Source: Raillietiella orientalis
Taxonomy: Eukaryota
Assembly (NCBI GenBank): GCA_036172245.1
Contig: JAYWIR010000034.1
Location: 868,001-932,000, forward strand
Length of the DNA: 64,000 nt
Direction: 5' to 3'
Below are positions 24,989 through 39,620 of this stretch, in pieces (positions within the stretch are counted from its first letter, which is position 1; each line of letters opens with the position of its first letter). The position numbers were made by a program, and so were the translations under genes. The notes beneath the pieces were generated by a model. The model was not told where the DNA came from. It saw only the letters and a list, made by a program, of their open reading frames with translations, and made no database searches.

Positions 24989-27900
24989 TCAGGAACGGCG
25001 AATGTTCACTAGTAAACGAGCTGGATCCAATGATTTACCGGATGGGGACTCCAAAGGCACGTAGCTGTATCCTGAAAAGCGCGCAAAGATCAGGATTACG
25101 ATTCAAATATATCCGTTTTGGGCATCGTTTATGTATTTCTGGGCAAGAAGAGATTAGGAGGAGGGGGAGAGGAATACAATTGAAAGAGCAGCGGGAAGAT
25201 TTCAATCCACCCCTTTCCTGCGAGGAAAAAGGGAAAAAAAAAAAAACACTGCAAAAGTTTTCCAAGCAACAACGTAATCAATGAATTCAAAAAGATGTAT
25301 TTACCCAGTCTCATACATTTGCAAGGGATGCTGAAGCAAGCTAATCTTCGGTTTTTCCCAGGATTCAAACGGTTTCGTAAATCAATTAAAAGGAAAGAAA
25401 GCTCCGGAACAACGGTCGAAAAATTCCAGCTTTGATTCCACACGGGGTTGAAACCTTCAACAGAGTTTGAATTGGTTCTAAACGTCCAGAAACTCAGGGG
25501 TCAATATTTGTAAACAACATCGAAAGAAGACTTTCCTAGCCATACGGTGCGCTTGTCTTTTGGACCAAAGACTCAGTTTTGCCTGTTTCATGAATATCAT
25601 GCACAATTCCTTTGGATGACTAGAACAGATGAATTCAAGAGAATGTCACTTAAAAGTGTATATTTGATTATTTTCCAAAAGGAACAGCACGGAATGACCC
25701 CTTTCTTCACTTTCCTTGCGTCTGAGTGCCTTTTGCACCCGATGGTGGACAAAAATATGTTGCAAAGAAATGAAATCTTTTTCCACAGTTCGTAATTTCA
25801 GACGATTTACAGGATGAAGAGAAACGGAGGTTGTACAACACGAAGCGAGAACGTCGCAAGTCAGATATGACCACGTGGCAACCGACGTGGTCAGAGTTCC
25901 TAAAACTCTACATGGAACTCCTGTCCGAAAAGAGAGAGCGTATGCAGCCGTCCACACGTAGCCACTGTGGAGTCCTCGGCAGCTTTGAAAAAAAGTGACA
26001 CGTGACACGTGCTGACGGAAGAGATCAGGGATGTTGCTACGGTTCCCCGATCCCTGAATGTTCGGCTTTGTGCCACTTAGCTCCCATTCGACAGACGTGT
26101 TTGGTGTCCGTGCCTCGTGGATTGCCTTCAGCAGACGTCGGCTACGCACGCGAATAGCATTCGGGGGCCGCATTTCATGGGCAGGCATCAATGTTCGGTT
26201 CCGGAATCGACGACTCTGCGTATGACGGTTACGCGCAACGCTCGTGCATACCTTGGAGGAACCCAACGGAAGCAGATAGGTGAGACTGCCAAGTAAACAG
26301 CTTACCCATTACAAACTCTATTTCTAGAACGCGAATGGACTGTCCGAGGAAACGTCCAATTTGCACATCTGCAAAGTAGATACACCTCTGGAAGGTGCAG
26401 TCAGCTTCCAGAGAACTCGAGTTGCAAGTCATTTCTTGCTCGAGTTTTACGTGCACAAACAGACTCGGCAGTTATTACTTAGTGAGTACTCGGGTTAGCA
26501 AAAGCAACCAGACCTCTCTGCAGGGGCAATTTTTTAGAGGTTCCCAATACATTACCCACGTCAAACTTTGGTATAGACAGTTTCGGGAAGCGCATTTCTT
26601 CGAATAGCGTCTTTCTTAGGAAATGCTGCAAAGAGCTACGGATTCCTTTCGTTCAAATAGAGCAATGCAGCTTTTCCATGGGTGAAGGGCGTACCGAAAT
26701 ATGCGCGCCGATACGCGTCGCATAAAAAAAAGCAGAACGCACCGTTGTTTGTTATGGTAGTCGTCCGGAAGTACTGCTCCTTTTCGTAGCCATATCCAAA
26801 CACCTTCACTTCAACATACGGATTGATATATTCATCCAAGTGAGGCAGAAAGTGAGCGCTCATAACGGTGATGCAAAAGTTGCTCGCGGCACTGAAAGAG
26901 TTCCTCAGAGGAGATTTTCGAAAAAAGCAGAGCGAACCTGGATTTCTCCTGGCAGGGCAGCTTCCCGAGGAGCAGGTCCGGCTTCAGCACGTAGCCGCAT
27001 CTCTGGTTTAGCTGGAACAGACCTCGTTCGATGATACTTGGAATGTCCGGTATCCCGGGATCCGTGGGAACTAAGGATGTGGTGAAACCTCAGCTACTGC
27101 GAGCGTCATTGACAACTAACTGATCTGATATCCATGACACCAAAACATAACCGGATTCGTTTCTCCTGGTGACGCTACCATGACCCTGAACAGATGTTCC
27201 GAAGTGTAGTTGACCAGGTCTTGCTTATTGTACAAGGACAGACTCCCGTTCGCAGAATCGCTCAGTACTGCGGGAACGGCAGTTGTACCTAGAAACAAGC
27301 AGCACTGCTCCAGTTGCAAACACAGCCGATGAAAAATAAGGCAGGAACAAAAACATACGAAAAAACTTGGTTGAACCTCTTAGTGTAGTCAGAGGAAAAA
27401 GCATTCATTAACCGTACGTTGGGGGTGGGGAACACTTTTCGTAGGATAACCGAGAATACAGTTTAAACAAAGCTTATTCTCTAAAAAAAAAAAAAAAGAA
27501 GAGAATGCATATTTAGCACACTCGAAAATTCATTGAGTTGATAATGATGGATTCATTCTTTTTTCTGCTTTCCAAGCAATGTTCACAAACAAAAATGACA
27601 AAAGCCATAAAAAAAAAACATTCATGACTTTATATGAGATCGGAGCAATGGCAAGTCTGCAACAAGGAATGATGCCGCAATTAAGAGATTCGAAGAATAG
27701 TAGTCACTTTAAATGGAATCCCTGGAATCTCCCAACTTTTCCTTTCTTCCCTCTATTCTTTCTGGACAAATGATTGCAAACCAGGCTCTCAAGCATGAAA
27801 CAGAATAGGGGTGCGACCAGGGGAAGATGCAGAATCCAGCTTGAATAAGACTGAGGCTAAGTCTGAGAAAGTATACTACCCTCCAAGAAGTTCACACACT

Positions 27901-30900
27901 ATGAAACTGTAATTCTTTTCTAATCCTTGCAGAAAGTGTTGCAAATCAAACTTATGATACATATGCGAAAGTGAACGAGAGCAGAATTCTATAAGGTATC
28001 TGAATGCCGTTCTAGATATCAGTAGTTAGCTAATAAACGGAGCACTAAGGACTAACCTCCAGCACTAACTCGAAAGTTAGCATTTCAGTTCACTAATTGA
28101 AAGGAACTTATTAACGTTCGCGATCGTTACTATGTTCAAGATAATCATTAATACTTAAAATTACATTTGTTTGTGTTCCAATTTCGCTACTTCTCTGAAC
28201 AGTTGCAGATTGGTTGCATTGCAGTTCAGTTTACAAATTATTTATAGACAGCAACGATAATAAGAAGCTTCAAAGTTCTGCATGGATTTTGTTACGTATT
28301 TTTCTTCTTTTTTCTCAGCCAAAAATCACCCAAGCCAAGTGAATTCTGATTTGTGTCTTTTTTTTCCCGAAAGGTTCGACTTTCTATAATAGTTTCGAGG
28401 ATCCCTTCCAGATGTCAGCGCTAGTAAAATGGCACCGGCTACCGATGCTCAATGGAGCTATTTAGCAACTGAATGGGAAGCACACAGGGAATGTTCTTGA
28501 ATGACTGAGAAACGTTTACAAAGACTGCGCTATTACCGTAAACGAAGAAGAGAGACTACGGACAAGAACAGTTGGGCTCTGGAGGGAGGTATGAAGCTGT
28601 GAGAAGGACAGAACACGAACAGGGATGATGACGATGGTTCAGGCCACAGTTGACACTTGACAACATGCAACTTGCCGATGAAATTATCTCAAGGAGCGGA
28701 TGCCTCAGTTTAGAAGGTCCTTTATCCCAGGATAAACAAGAGAGAGGTTTCTCCTTTTCCTGCACAATTGTGCAATGGCTTCTCTAGCCTGAACACCAGC
28801 TTGCGGGCAACAGAAACTGTCCCAGAAATGCTGCGGACTGTGTTGTACTGCATCCAAAATACAGAGTTGTTTCTGTGTGTTCCGATGAAAAATGCGATTG
28901 GTAGCGAAAATTTGGGAATGTTGAGGTTATTAGTAGGTGAAGACATTGAGGCTCACAGCGCTCTTTTGCAAGGAGGAGGAGTACACGTCCAGCTGATAGA
29001 AAACCGTTGGATAGGTGGAGAACGCGAGGGAAAACGGTGAATAGGGCGCATGACCATTCGCACCGAGTTTCGGCAATGCAAAGATGTTTGGCCGGGAAAC
29101 AGACAAGACTGGGACTGATATTAATGAGTAATCCACTTGTTTCAGACTCGGTAGAAATTCGGTTGGCTCAGTCAGTTTCCAGCAAAAACCGAATCCCGGA
29201 AAAGAATCTCTTTGGAACGAATTGCAGGAAAGAGGAACAAATAGTTCTGAATTCGAAGTAAGTCGCTCGAAAATTTCATGCCGGGGTGGCCCTGCAATTA
29301 AGTGGAACGGTTTTTCCGTGTGCCTGCCCATCTTTCGAGACTGTTCATCGACAGCACTGGCAACCGGGGATGTTTTCCATCAGACATATCTTCGCTTTCA
29401 GGTGAGCACTGGACTTTCTCTCTGACACCTTCTGTCATCTCCTAGATTCTTTTCTTCCTGACGCGCATCCAAATCATCTGCTTTCCTCTTGCGGCTGTGC
29501 GATGCCGGGTGGCTTCCATTCTAGAATCATCCGCGTCTTGACTCCTTCAGCGATTCGAAGAATGCCTACAAACCATACTTCCTCCAGATGTTTGATAGAG
29601 TGCAATTATCAGGAAACTTGCATATGCACTGATCTTGTAGAGCATACATGCAAGAGCAAGCGAGCTGTCATCATTGTTTGCCTGATGAATCAATTTTGAC
29701 CTGGTCTGTTCCGAAGATTAGATCGATTTAGGTCATGGGGAGCTCTCCAACATTTCCCCATTGGAAATGGCATGATTAAAGAACAAGGAGATCGAATCGC
29801 TAGGGTGAATCCTTCGGCTGCACGCAGGATGGCTGTGGTGAAAGCTCAGTGCATTTTTGCGTATCGCCCCACGTTAACCTCTTCCCCCCCCCCTACACCA
29901 TAGAAACAACTTCAACGTTGCGAGCAAATCATTGCAAGGCGTGAGTCTGGCTCATGCATCTTTTGATCCATAGGATCAACGTGGCTGGCTGGTGGCTCCA
30001 CGTCTTCCGGTTCGGAAGCTTAGGAACTACAGCTTTTCGTTTCCTTCCAAACGAAGAAGCTTCGCACCATGCGTTCGGTTTCGCCCTGTGCACTGTGACC
30101 CGACCCAGTTGGCTGGATCACTGTTGTCGTTTCTTCGAAGGGTTCCTCATACAGTTTTTCCTTAGAAAAAAAATTCTCTATTGCTACAATTCTTTTCAGG
30201 AAGTGCTTGTTTTGCAGTCGATTCGGATCGCAAATCCACAGAGAATGCCGAATTCAACCTTTTTCGTTTCGCATGACGTCGACGTACGCTTCCATCTGAT
30301 TCGAGGGGTTCAAAATTCGAGTGGCGAGTGGGGGATTCGTTCTTCATCCTGGAATGCCGAGTTGCCCTTCTCGGTTTACCAAAGATATGTCAGAGACTCT
30401 AGGGACCGCGAATGTAAGCAACTGTTGTAACTTCAGTGGAGCACAACTGAACAGTCGTCAGCTATCAACACTTCAAAACGGAGATTCTGTGAAAAAGTAG
30501 AAACTGCGTGGAGATATCTACGAAAGACTACGCGCGTGGATGTTTCTTGAAAATAACCACACTTTTACGCCGCAAACACGTGGTCATAACCAAATATCCC
30601 TCCTCTTTAAAATGTGAAAAAAGAAAAAATTTCCGCGTTCGTTTTTTCGGAATCGTTGTTTGGCGGAAGGCGTTTCTCATTCAACCTTAGCAACAGAGAG
30701 TGGTGAGCGCGAAATGGCAGCCACCTTTAAGAAGTGTGGTCTCAACCAGAAGGAATCCGCCGGAGGACGTTTTCCAGCAGAATGCGGTCGGAAGGGGAAT
30801 ACAAGCAGAAGAAAGGTGGCATCATGAAATGGGAAGTGGTATAAATGCACATGCATCAAGTGCAGTGAATGTATGCTAAAAGAAAACATCTCGAGAAATC

Positions 30901-33900
30901 TTTGCGTCGCAATGCTATTCCGTAGCTGTCGCGGGAGACAAGTACCCGGCGCACACGACCCAAGAAAAGTTTCAATGCTTCTTATCGGAGAGATTTCCGA
31001 GATAGGAAGGCCGTGCGTCGTATATCGAATTGAGGTGCATTCTGAACCGCCACTGAGGGTTAAAAAAAAAAAAAAAAACAACACACACAAAAAAAAAAAC
31101 AGGTTTCAAGATCAGCGCATATGTGTACCCAAATCTTAGTTATCGACACGTCCATGCGAGCCAAAGAGAATACTTGATCTTTGCATATCAATACACTATA
31201 CATACAAATTTTAGTGCCAACGCATGCATGAAAGTGCGTTTGCCCAAGTCAAACTCTGGGTCACCTTTTCCTGGAAATTTCGAAAACTCAGCTGGAAACA
31301 GATGTGCACACAAACCTTGGATCACTTCTGCGCTCATGTTTCCAAAGGTGACCTTCTGGCCAAAGCAAACGGGGATGGAGTTAAAACTAGACCATGGCAT
31401 TGCAGTAGTACTCTAGGGATAGCAAACGAATTAGGAACACGAAGGATACAGCAAGGGAGTGGTGGGTGCGTCTGGAAGTCCGTTCTCGAAAGCACGCATT
31501 CGTCTGTTCTTCCTTCCTTGCTGGTTACAAAAGGGACACCAGTCTTTGAGATGTGGCATGTACTGGATTCGGAGCCAATAATCCCGAAAATTCAAAGCAA
31601 AAAAAAATCAGCTCCGTCCACCTGGTTCACTCGCTGCCCACGTCGAAGGAGCAAAAATACGCAGTCATCGATTTTGAACTGGCCGTTCAATGGTCGCTCA
31701 TGCTCGGATTTCCTCTTGATGAACGAAAATGACCAAAGTGAAAGTCATCGCGTGCTTCTTAGAGGTGGTGACCTTACTGAAAGTGCGAGGTCAAGGAAGC
31801 TCGTCGGCGAGCTCGCGGCCATTCAGAAGACGATCGAACGAGACGGAAGACCACAGCGGCGTCCAGGATGCCTGTAGAGGGAGAGGAAGGGGGGGCACCC
31901 AGGGAACCTCTGGAGACGACCTCCCGCATCCTGAACGCTCCTGCTCGCTCTTCCTCTTTCCCTCCCACCCCTCTCTACAGGGGGCGGAGGTAGCTGCCTC
32001 CCCCACCCTCCTCTGCGATGCCGTGAAGACGGTTTGCGGGGTTCCCAGATGACGAGCGGGAGCGAAAATAGTAGGAAAGTGCATGTGTGTAAGTGCGTGC
32101 GAAATGCCGTTCCAGCGCGTCAACGCGTGCTTTCAGCCAGAACACAGGAGTTTTTGCTTACCAAAACCTCGCTTTTCTGCACACTGCCTCTCCAGTCGTT
32201 GATCTGATCAGACAAAGACAATTAGCGAAAACGGAAATGGATGCTGCAGTCGATCCGTCACAGCATATTGCTGTTCTTATCCACAGATGCAGGAAGAGCA
32301 TGCGTAGATCAGGGGCTATGAATTCCGTTCATTAGCCCTCTACTCAAGAGATGGTTCGTCGAAGTGGCACCGCGACTCGAGTTCAACGGAAAGAAGGCAG
32401 ACTGCGAGCCGCTGCACCCGTTTTTTCTTGGTTGCTCTGCGGAGAGCAGGTGCAGCTGGTATTGGGACTGTTTCCAGCGCTAAGCAAGACTGCAAAAAAA
32501 AATACTTCGGATGCCAAGAGCGGAGCGCTTGTTAGGATAGCTCTTCAGTAATAGATATTCGATTATTACAAGCTAGCGGCGGTACCAGTAGTTTAGAAAC
32601 GCACGACAGAACGACGAACGGAATTCTTACACTTATAAGTATTTTCCTCTTAGCTTTGGCAGGGGTCAGCACTTCTGTCTTGGAAGAGATGTTTTCGAGA
32701 ATCATTCCTGCAATGAAGTTCTGAAGCTTCTCCAAGAAAGAAGGCGCGGTACCTTTGAGGGTGTCTTTCAAATCAGAGATCAAGATCGCTTTTTGTGACG
32801 AGTTGCAGTGTACATCTAGAATCAAGATGAGCGGGTAAGCGAAACTAGAGAAGCCGTGCTCGACGACAGCCTCCAGAAATTCGCGAAACGGGAGTCTGCT
32901 TGTTGAGTTCCTGATGGGGTGTATCACGGGCTTCCCGGATTCTCCGTTCCTACATTGCACTGGAACATTTCATCAGATATTGATTAGTAAACAGGGATCG
33001 CGAAGATAAGTGAACGAGCAAGTGACGTTTGTTCCTCTTTCCAAATGCACCTTCACGAAGCCATAGGAAGTGAAAACGCACGTGGAATCGGTTCCGTCCG
33101 GAAGGGCCAGTGCACCTTTTGGACAAAGCGAGGAACTTGACCGGGGTTCGAAGAAGAATCCCAGCGAAGGTGCAGAAAGCAACTGTGGATGTATTATTAA
33201 GCTTGCAGGGGATTCAGAGACGAGATGCTGGTGTGGGTCACACTGAATTAGCGTGAGCCAAGGAAATCAATGAAGCGTGCTTCTCCGCCAATGTGTGCGC
33301 TGCAGTTGCCATTCACTACCGCGACGTCACTTTAGGAATTCCTTACTAGCAGAAGCACCGTTTCCGAGCAGGGCTGGAGCATTGCGAGCTTGAATATCTC
33401 AGAGCACGAAAATTCAAAATATCTTCTAGTGTCTAATTCTTTGGGTGACTGTGACATTTCTCCATTGTACGAAAAATCATGGAGCGCTTGACACAAATCA
33501 TGAACTCCTTGGAACGTTTCTCTTCAAGTCGAACTGTGTGTGAATCATGTGACCCACTGCGACCCCATGACCACATTTCACTCGGAATTTTCCCCCAGAA
33601 ACCATGACGTACGGAAACCGTAGACACTGGCCTTACACTGGAAACAGCGGTAGCCTTCCTTCAGTGCCCTTACGTACATACTCAGTCCATTATTGTGACG
33701 ATCTTCTGGAGGAATATCCCTAAGGAACATCATTAGGACATGCCATTGTATGGCGACTTTCCTCACAGGAAAATGCAGCTCCTTATGAAATAGCACTGCA
33801 GCGGGTGGTTCATGCTAGAATGATCGTCCGATGGGAGAGGATTAAATATCATTTGGTGGTCCATGTACTTATAAAACCCTGAAATCAGATGAAAGCCGGA

Positions 33901-36530
33901 TAAAATTAGATAACGACCGGCCCGTTCGAATTTTTGTTGGATCTGAACTTCTTTATCATCTCAGGTGCGCATCCGCGTTCGTTTCGGTGAAATCTCCGCG
34001 GGGCAACGTATGGAAACGCATCGCCACGTCTCGAAGAGATCATATCATGGGCTCTGGCTGCACCTCCAACGGCACGATTTCGACCCGCGGGTGGTTCGCG
34101 GCGAATTCGCGCACTGTAAAAATTGAAAAGGGGTATTTCACCAGCTATTGTCAAAGCTTCGCGTTCTTTTGCAGACGTCGGTTCGTACTCTCTTATGAGA
34201 CTCAAGCTGTCCTCTTCTGTGCATGAAGAAAGGCACTGACTTTCCCGCAAAAACTGAAGAAACTCCTTGGCTCCCATAATGTCTCCCAGGGAGGTGTTGG
34301 AAGGAAGGTAACTGACAAAGAGCAGCAGCATTGAAAAAGAAACTACTTTGTTAATTCACTTCAGAAAAACTTTCTCTAGTTCCTCTTTCTTAACGAGACT
34401 TTTGAAGAATAATATGAAATCTTCTTCTTCCAAAAAGTCGTTGTAAGCTCCCTGTCTCATCTCCTGTGAATTACAAACCACAAATAAATTGCTGCGTCCG
34501 GACCACTTCGAAATCAGTGCACAAGTTTTGCCATTCATCCCCGATTCACTCTGACCTAAAATTCACTTCGCGTTTTTTGCATTCGTTCACAAATAAAAGA
34601 CAAGCTACTGCTACATGCTGTAATGATATGGTTGTGCAGCGAAAACGCGCAACAACAGCAATAGTAACGCACAGCATGTTAAGAGTACAGACCTCAATCC
34701 ATGTACCAAGACCGAATTTCACTGAAGTCTTCTATTTGTGCGTGTGTTCAGGGAATCATGTGCGTGCATTTCGGTCGCGTAGGGATGGGCTCAAACGGGA
34801 AACCTGGTTACCGCGATTGCAGCTCGCAATGAAATTTCTGCCTGAAAGCAGTGAGATGTTCGGGCTGCCAACCGTTCCTCAATGGCGCTAGTGAATCCCG
34901 TGCTGTGTTGGCAGAATGAGCCACAAGGTGTTCGGAAGCATTAATCACGTCGAACGTAAAGTCATACATTCGGACAGAACAATAAGTTCTGTGATGAAGA
35001 TACTGAAGTCGGAAGACCGGTTGCTAGCAACTGCACTTTCGGGTGGGGGTGCGATCGAGTTCTTTTGATCGTTGCAGCCGAGTGAAATGGAGCATCGGAG
35101 CTCGCATTTCGCTTGGCCTGTGAATCTTGACGTTTTTTTTTTTTTTTTTTTAGAATGGAAAGAGGATTATCACTTGTTTGCAAAATGGCTCGCAGAGAAA
35201 TTTTTTGTTGAAAGGATTTGTTAAGCCACCGTTCCATCGAGGGATTATCGGGATGGCAAACGGTGCGTTTATCGGAGAACGAAGCAAAGATGGAAAACGA
35301 TTTTTGCTGTGCTTCCGTCTACCGAAATAAGAAATGAAGCGAGTTCAGGAAGATGGCGATACTGAGGTATTCGAAACGGTGGATTTCGACGTCAAGGATG
35401 CGTCTCGTGTGTGAGCCTTCTAACAAGGCGGACATTTTCTTGGCTTGTCTCCCGGGTACTTAAGTAAGCTGCATCGAGTCTGTGTTGCATCTTCTCGAAG
35501 GATAGAGCATACCCCAGACGGGATTTTTCGTGGATGACTTCATCTTATACTATCTAGAGTTTTTTCTGAGCGTGGAGATGACTCCACCATACTCTTCGTT
35601 CAACAAAGTGTCGCGTGACCTGCCATTTCCTACAAGATAAAAAAAATCGCTTACGTGTAAAGTTCTTCTAATGATCCTTTCAGGTATGGGCCAGCTCAAT
35701 CTTTCGAGAAAATCAACAAACTGGATCACACTCAGTCGCTCCCTGTTGTAGTAATCCGTTTTCTGAAACTCGTCTCGCAGCCACCTTGACATAAAAAGAA
35801 AAACGATTCGAATCATCTGAACGTGTGTCAGAGACGGCTTCACCTATCGACAAAGTCGATGATCGGCTGCTCGTCTGGTACGACGCTGGAAAGAGCTGTC
35901 AGCCAAAGATGGTACAAATAAGGGTTGTTGGTTTGGAATCTGAGCTTTTTGGTCGTCTCGGACTCCAAGTAAGATAAACAGAAGGTGAAAATGCTATTCG
36001 AGTGCTTTTTCTTCCTCCAGGGGAACTTTCTTTTGCTCTCAACATTTTCCACTTTGGAAATAGATCTCAGTTGATCGAAAAATACTGGAAAAGACTGCTA
36101 TCTAACTGTTTATAATGTGATCTCGTGACTTACTGACTGTTGGAAGTGCTTTGCCAAACAGATCACAGCATTTATTTCTTAGAAGATGAGCGTACGAATA
36201 ATCTTCGATTTCGATCATTTTTTCACTTAGGTCAAGACTGATGTGTACTGGTATTGGTTTTCCGGGGTCCATGGCACAAGAAAAACCTGGTACCGACTTC
36301 TTTTTTATTGCTATTTGATGGTTTCTTTGATCTGTTTGAGTCAAATGAAAACATCGTCATATCAGAAATCTGTTGAGACCTTCGAATCTGCGCGCTTGCT
36401 TTTCCAGATTCGTTCTCCATATGTTTCGGAAGAATGGAAAATCAAAATGGCGATTTTTGGATTCTCTGTTGTCTTTGAAAAGAAGGAGGGAATCTGATTC
36501 TTGAATTGATATTTCTCCATTACTCATCAT
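24989..36530 (-). CDS. Phosphoinositide phospholipase C delta-like protein (PH, EF-hands, X, Y, C2), predicted catalytically inactive. Exons: 36530-36380, 36331-36134, 36084-35844, 35784-35655, 34463-34360, 34311-34142, 33878-33767, 33719-33637, 32959-32753, 32707-32631, [X-Y linker unresolved], 27288-27121, 27070-26938, 26891-26743, 25454-25305, 25071-24989
   Basis: Phase-compatible GT-AG exons translate to PH (FCLSYL...LWLTAL), EF (RWLRDEFQKTD; FLRESQ...LIREYEP), X (MNHPLQCYFI...YVRALKEGYRC...YPLILILDVHC...KRKILI), Y (FWCHGYQI...FQLNQRCGYVLKP) and C2 (NPYVEVKVFG...TITNNGFNPVWNQ...VPELS...GYSYVPL). The first exon and start codon are less certain. Confidence 0.88.
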
Positions 36531-39500
36531 TTTCACTTATCTCGATCCAGATCATAAACAAGCTATTGGAAAACAGAAGCATGAATCTGAAAGAAATTAA
36601 TCATTTGTTTTCCCAAGGCATCTCTTCTACAGAGTTCCTTCACGATAGCAACGCCATCTGAGCTCACATGTTCTGCAAATTCCAGTTTCGTTTTCGATAA
36701 ACCTACATCGGTTTTTCAAGATAAGTAATATTCAACGTAATTATCACATTAAGATTTGAGCTACGTAATACGTGACATATTCCGTAGAAATTTTGCGAAG
36801 AGTTTCATGAAAAAAATGGCAATCCGAGGAAAGATGACGTAATTAAATTCAATTAAGTTCTGACGAAGAACGGCGCTGATGTGATGACAGATATATTTTT
36901 TTTTCTCGTAGAATATGAATTCTCCGTACATACTGATAGTTTAAATAGCTGGAACAGCATTATTTGTTCTACTGACACACAATACCGAATGGAAGGTTCT
37001 GAGGATGGCTTAAGAACGGCATACATGCAGACAATTGGTTTAATCGCGTATTATGGGTTGTGAGTAATGGACAATCCGACTCTCTGAGAAAAAATCCGTT
37101 TTTTGACGTTCATAACTTGGTGCATTTGGTTTCGAAAATATCTTTATTTAGCGAAAACTTGATTCGAAGAATAATAAATTGAGAAAAATTTCCATTTCCC
37201 ATTACGGGTAATGGAATTCATTTATCAATCATCAACCAGGCTTATCATCTTCTTCATCGACAAAAATTACAACGAAGTCTCATCCATTCACATTCATTTT
37301 CGTTCAGCCATCGAAGCATCGAGAAAATCATTCGAAAATGGCGTGGAAATTCTTTCTGAGACTTCCCATTAGTCCTCAATTTCATTTAGTACGAAATCCT
37401 TTTTCCAATGAAAAACGAAGCACCTTTTGGATAGAGACAGTAACAAGATTATGGGGAAACCATTTCCGAGTCATTGGATATTTAATTCAACAGCAGATTA
37501 TTTATTTATTCGAGAGAATTTCCTTGCTGTGGAAGATTTGCTGTAAAATGAACGTTACCATATTCTTCTTGAATCTTCCATGAATTCTATTGAGCGTTGA
37601 AAAAATTTACATTCCAGCGAGTGAAATGCAAATAAGTTCAAATTTACCTTAAGTAAGAGTTTTAAACCGGTATCTTTAGAGACACTCAGTTAATGGATTA
37701 ATCAATCATCGTTTTCATTAATCATCTGTAACTACATCCAAGGCAGATTGATTTATGACTTTCGAGTTCCCATTATACACATGCACAAACGCTCTCGTTA
37801 TTAGAAGAAAAAAAGCTTCTTCTGGAATTCTTATTTACAATTTTTTTTCTTCCGGTTATGCATATTATTTTTTTTTTTAAAAAAATGCTTAATTTCCACA
37901 TGGAAATTACAGCTACAGTTACTTAATAGCAACACGTGCTCTCAGTCACTTAGCAAAATTGTAATAATTCTATGCGGCAATACGACTTTGAATTAGATAA
38001 AAGATAAAATTAAGAAAGACAAAGGAAAAAGGAAAAATACTGTCCGAATACGCATGGCAGATATTCTTTTTGAATTACCCCAATTTTTGAATTTTGTTTC
38101 AGAGGAACCGTGCATTTAACTGTATTCATTCCGAGTTCATGAGGGAAAAAAATCACGTTTTTTTCCTTCGGAAAAAGCCTTTTTGTGTGTTCAACAAGTA
38201 AAAACAAATAAATAAAAGGAAACAATTATTCCATTTATTCTGTAAGGAACCAGTATACTCCCAATGAGAAAGAAATTGCTTTTAACTATTCAATTGCATT
38301 TTCCTAAAATTCTGGTTGCTTTGCGATTCGTGTTAGTCACATGATCCTTTATAGAAAAAAAAAAACGTTAATGTCAATATTACTTGCATTATGAGTGGAT
38401 TCTTATAAATATTAGAATCAGACAATCAATACTGACTGACCTTTCCAGCTGTATTAAAAAAAATACATTTTCAAAGGCTGAAATATGGGAACTTAAAAGA
38501 AATTTAAAAACTGACCATATCGTTCGATACAAAGCTTCCGCGTTCGAGAACAAAGCATTGCCAAACTCCATTTGTTCACAAATAAGCATCTGAAATTAAT
38601 TTCCGAAAACGATATTCTGATTTCAGAAATTCATCAAATACGATCCACGGAGGCGAGTGAGGACGGAAAATTGTTTTTATAAACACTTAAACGCAATTAA
38701 ATGCCAATTTTGTGAATGGAAATTATCATTCGAATTACAATCGAAATGGTTTTCAACATTTCGATTTCGAATTTCATCACTTCAAAAGCATTCCAAAAGA
38801 TGCTTTGCGTTTTTTGAAATGAATTAACCGAATTTCCATATTCTTACTTCATAATCTCTTTGCATTTGCAGACAAGTTTCCGATGTTTCCCATTCACTAG
38901 TTTCTACATCAACAAAATGTAACATTACCCGAAGGAAGATCATAAAATCAATCACTAGAACACTAGAATTACACGTGAGAGAAATGTACACGTGACAACC
39001 GCAATGGTTTATTTAATTGTCCAATTTCTGTAAAGCAAATATCGTACCAGAAGCAGTTCTTCAATTTCATTCTGAGGGAAGAAGCTACTGGATTCCACTT
39101 CTAACATGGTTCCTATTAGAAGGCATCTCGAACTGCTATCCCATCTGATTCGAGTGCAGTAATTATCGCACTTATAAGCCGTCCTTCGTTGCATTATACG
39201 TATATTAGGAGTACAGGAAATACATTAATGAAACAGCAATACAGTTGCACGTGAAATTTTCAAAGAGGTTGTTTTCGGCGCAGTTTCATCCATTTTACAG
39301 TAGCATCACAGAAGAAAGTTCTGCTACAATTTTCAAACCAACCAAACCAGAAAACTGATTCAACTTAAAGGAGCTCTGGTGATGCTGCGTGGAGTCTTAA
39401 CGAGAGTTCAGGAGAGGAACTAGTAACAGAGATAAGCTCCATCACTAGTTTCAGTTACTACAATCGTGGTGTCGAGAAATAAACTTGTGATGGACTGTTA

Positions 39501-39620
39501 ATGAAGAACGTTAGTCCGAAGTCCTCGTCCTCAACACGCGGTCAGCTGGTGCGCGAAAGGCAGGTGGGGTTCACACTTTAGTCCCAAGCAGACTGACGAT
39601 GCAGTTATTCCGGAACAATG

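Noticed and set aside
26229..26456. Additional PLC C2 exon (DVQIGRFLGQS)
   Set aside because: The C2 domain is already complete and in phase through 26743 to 25454 (NNG|FNPVWN), so this segment is intronic.
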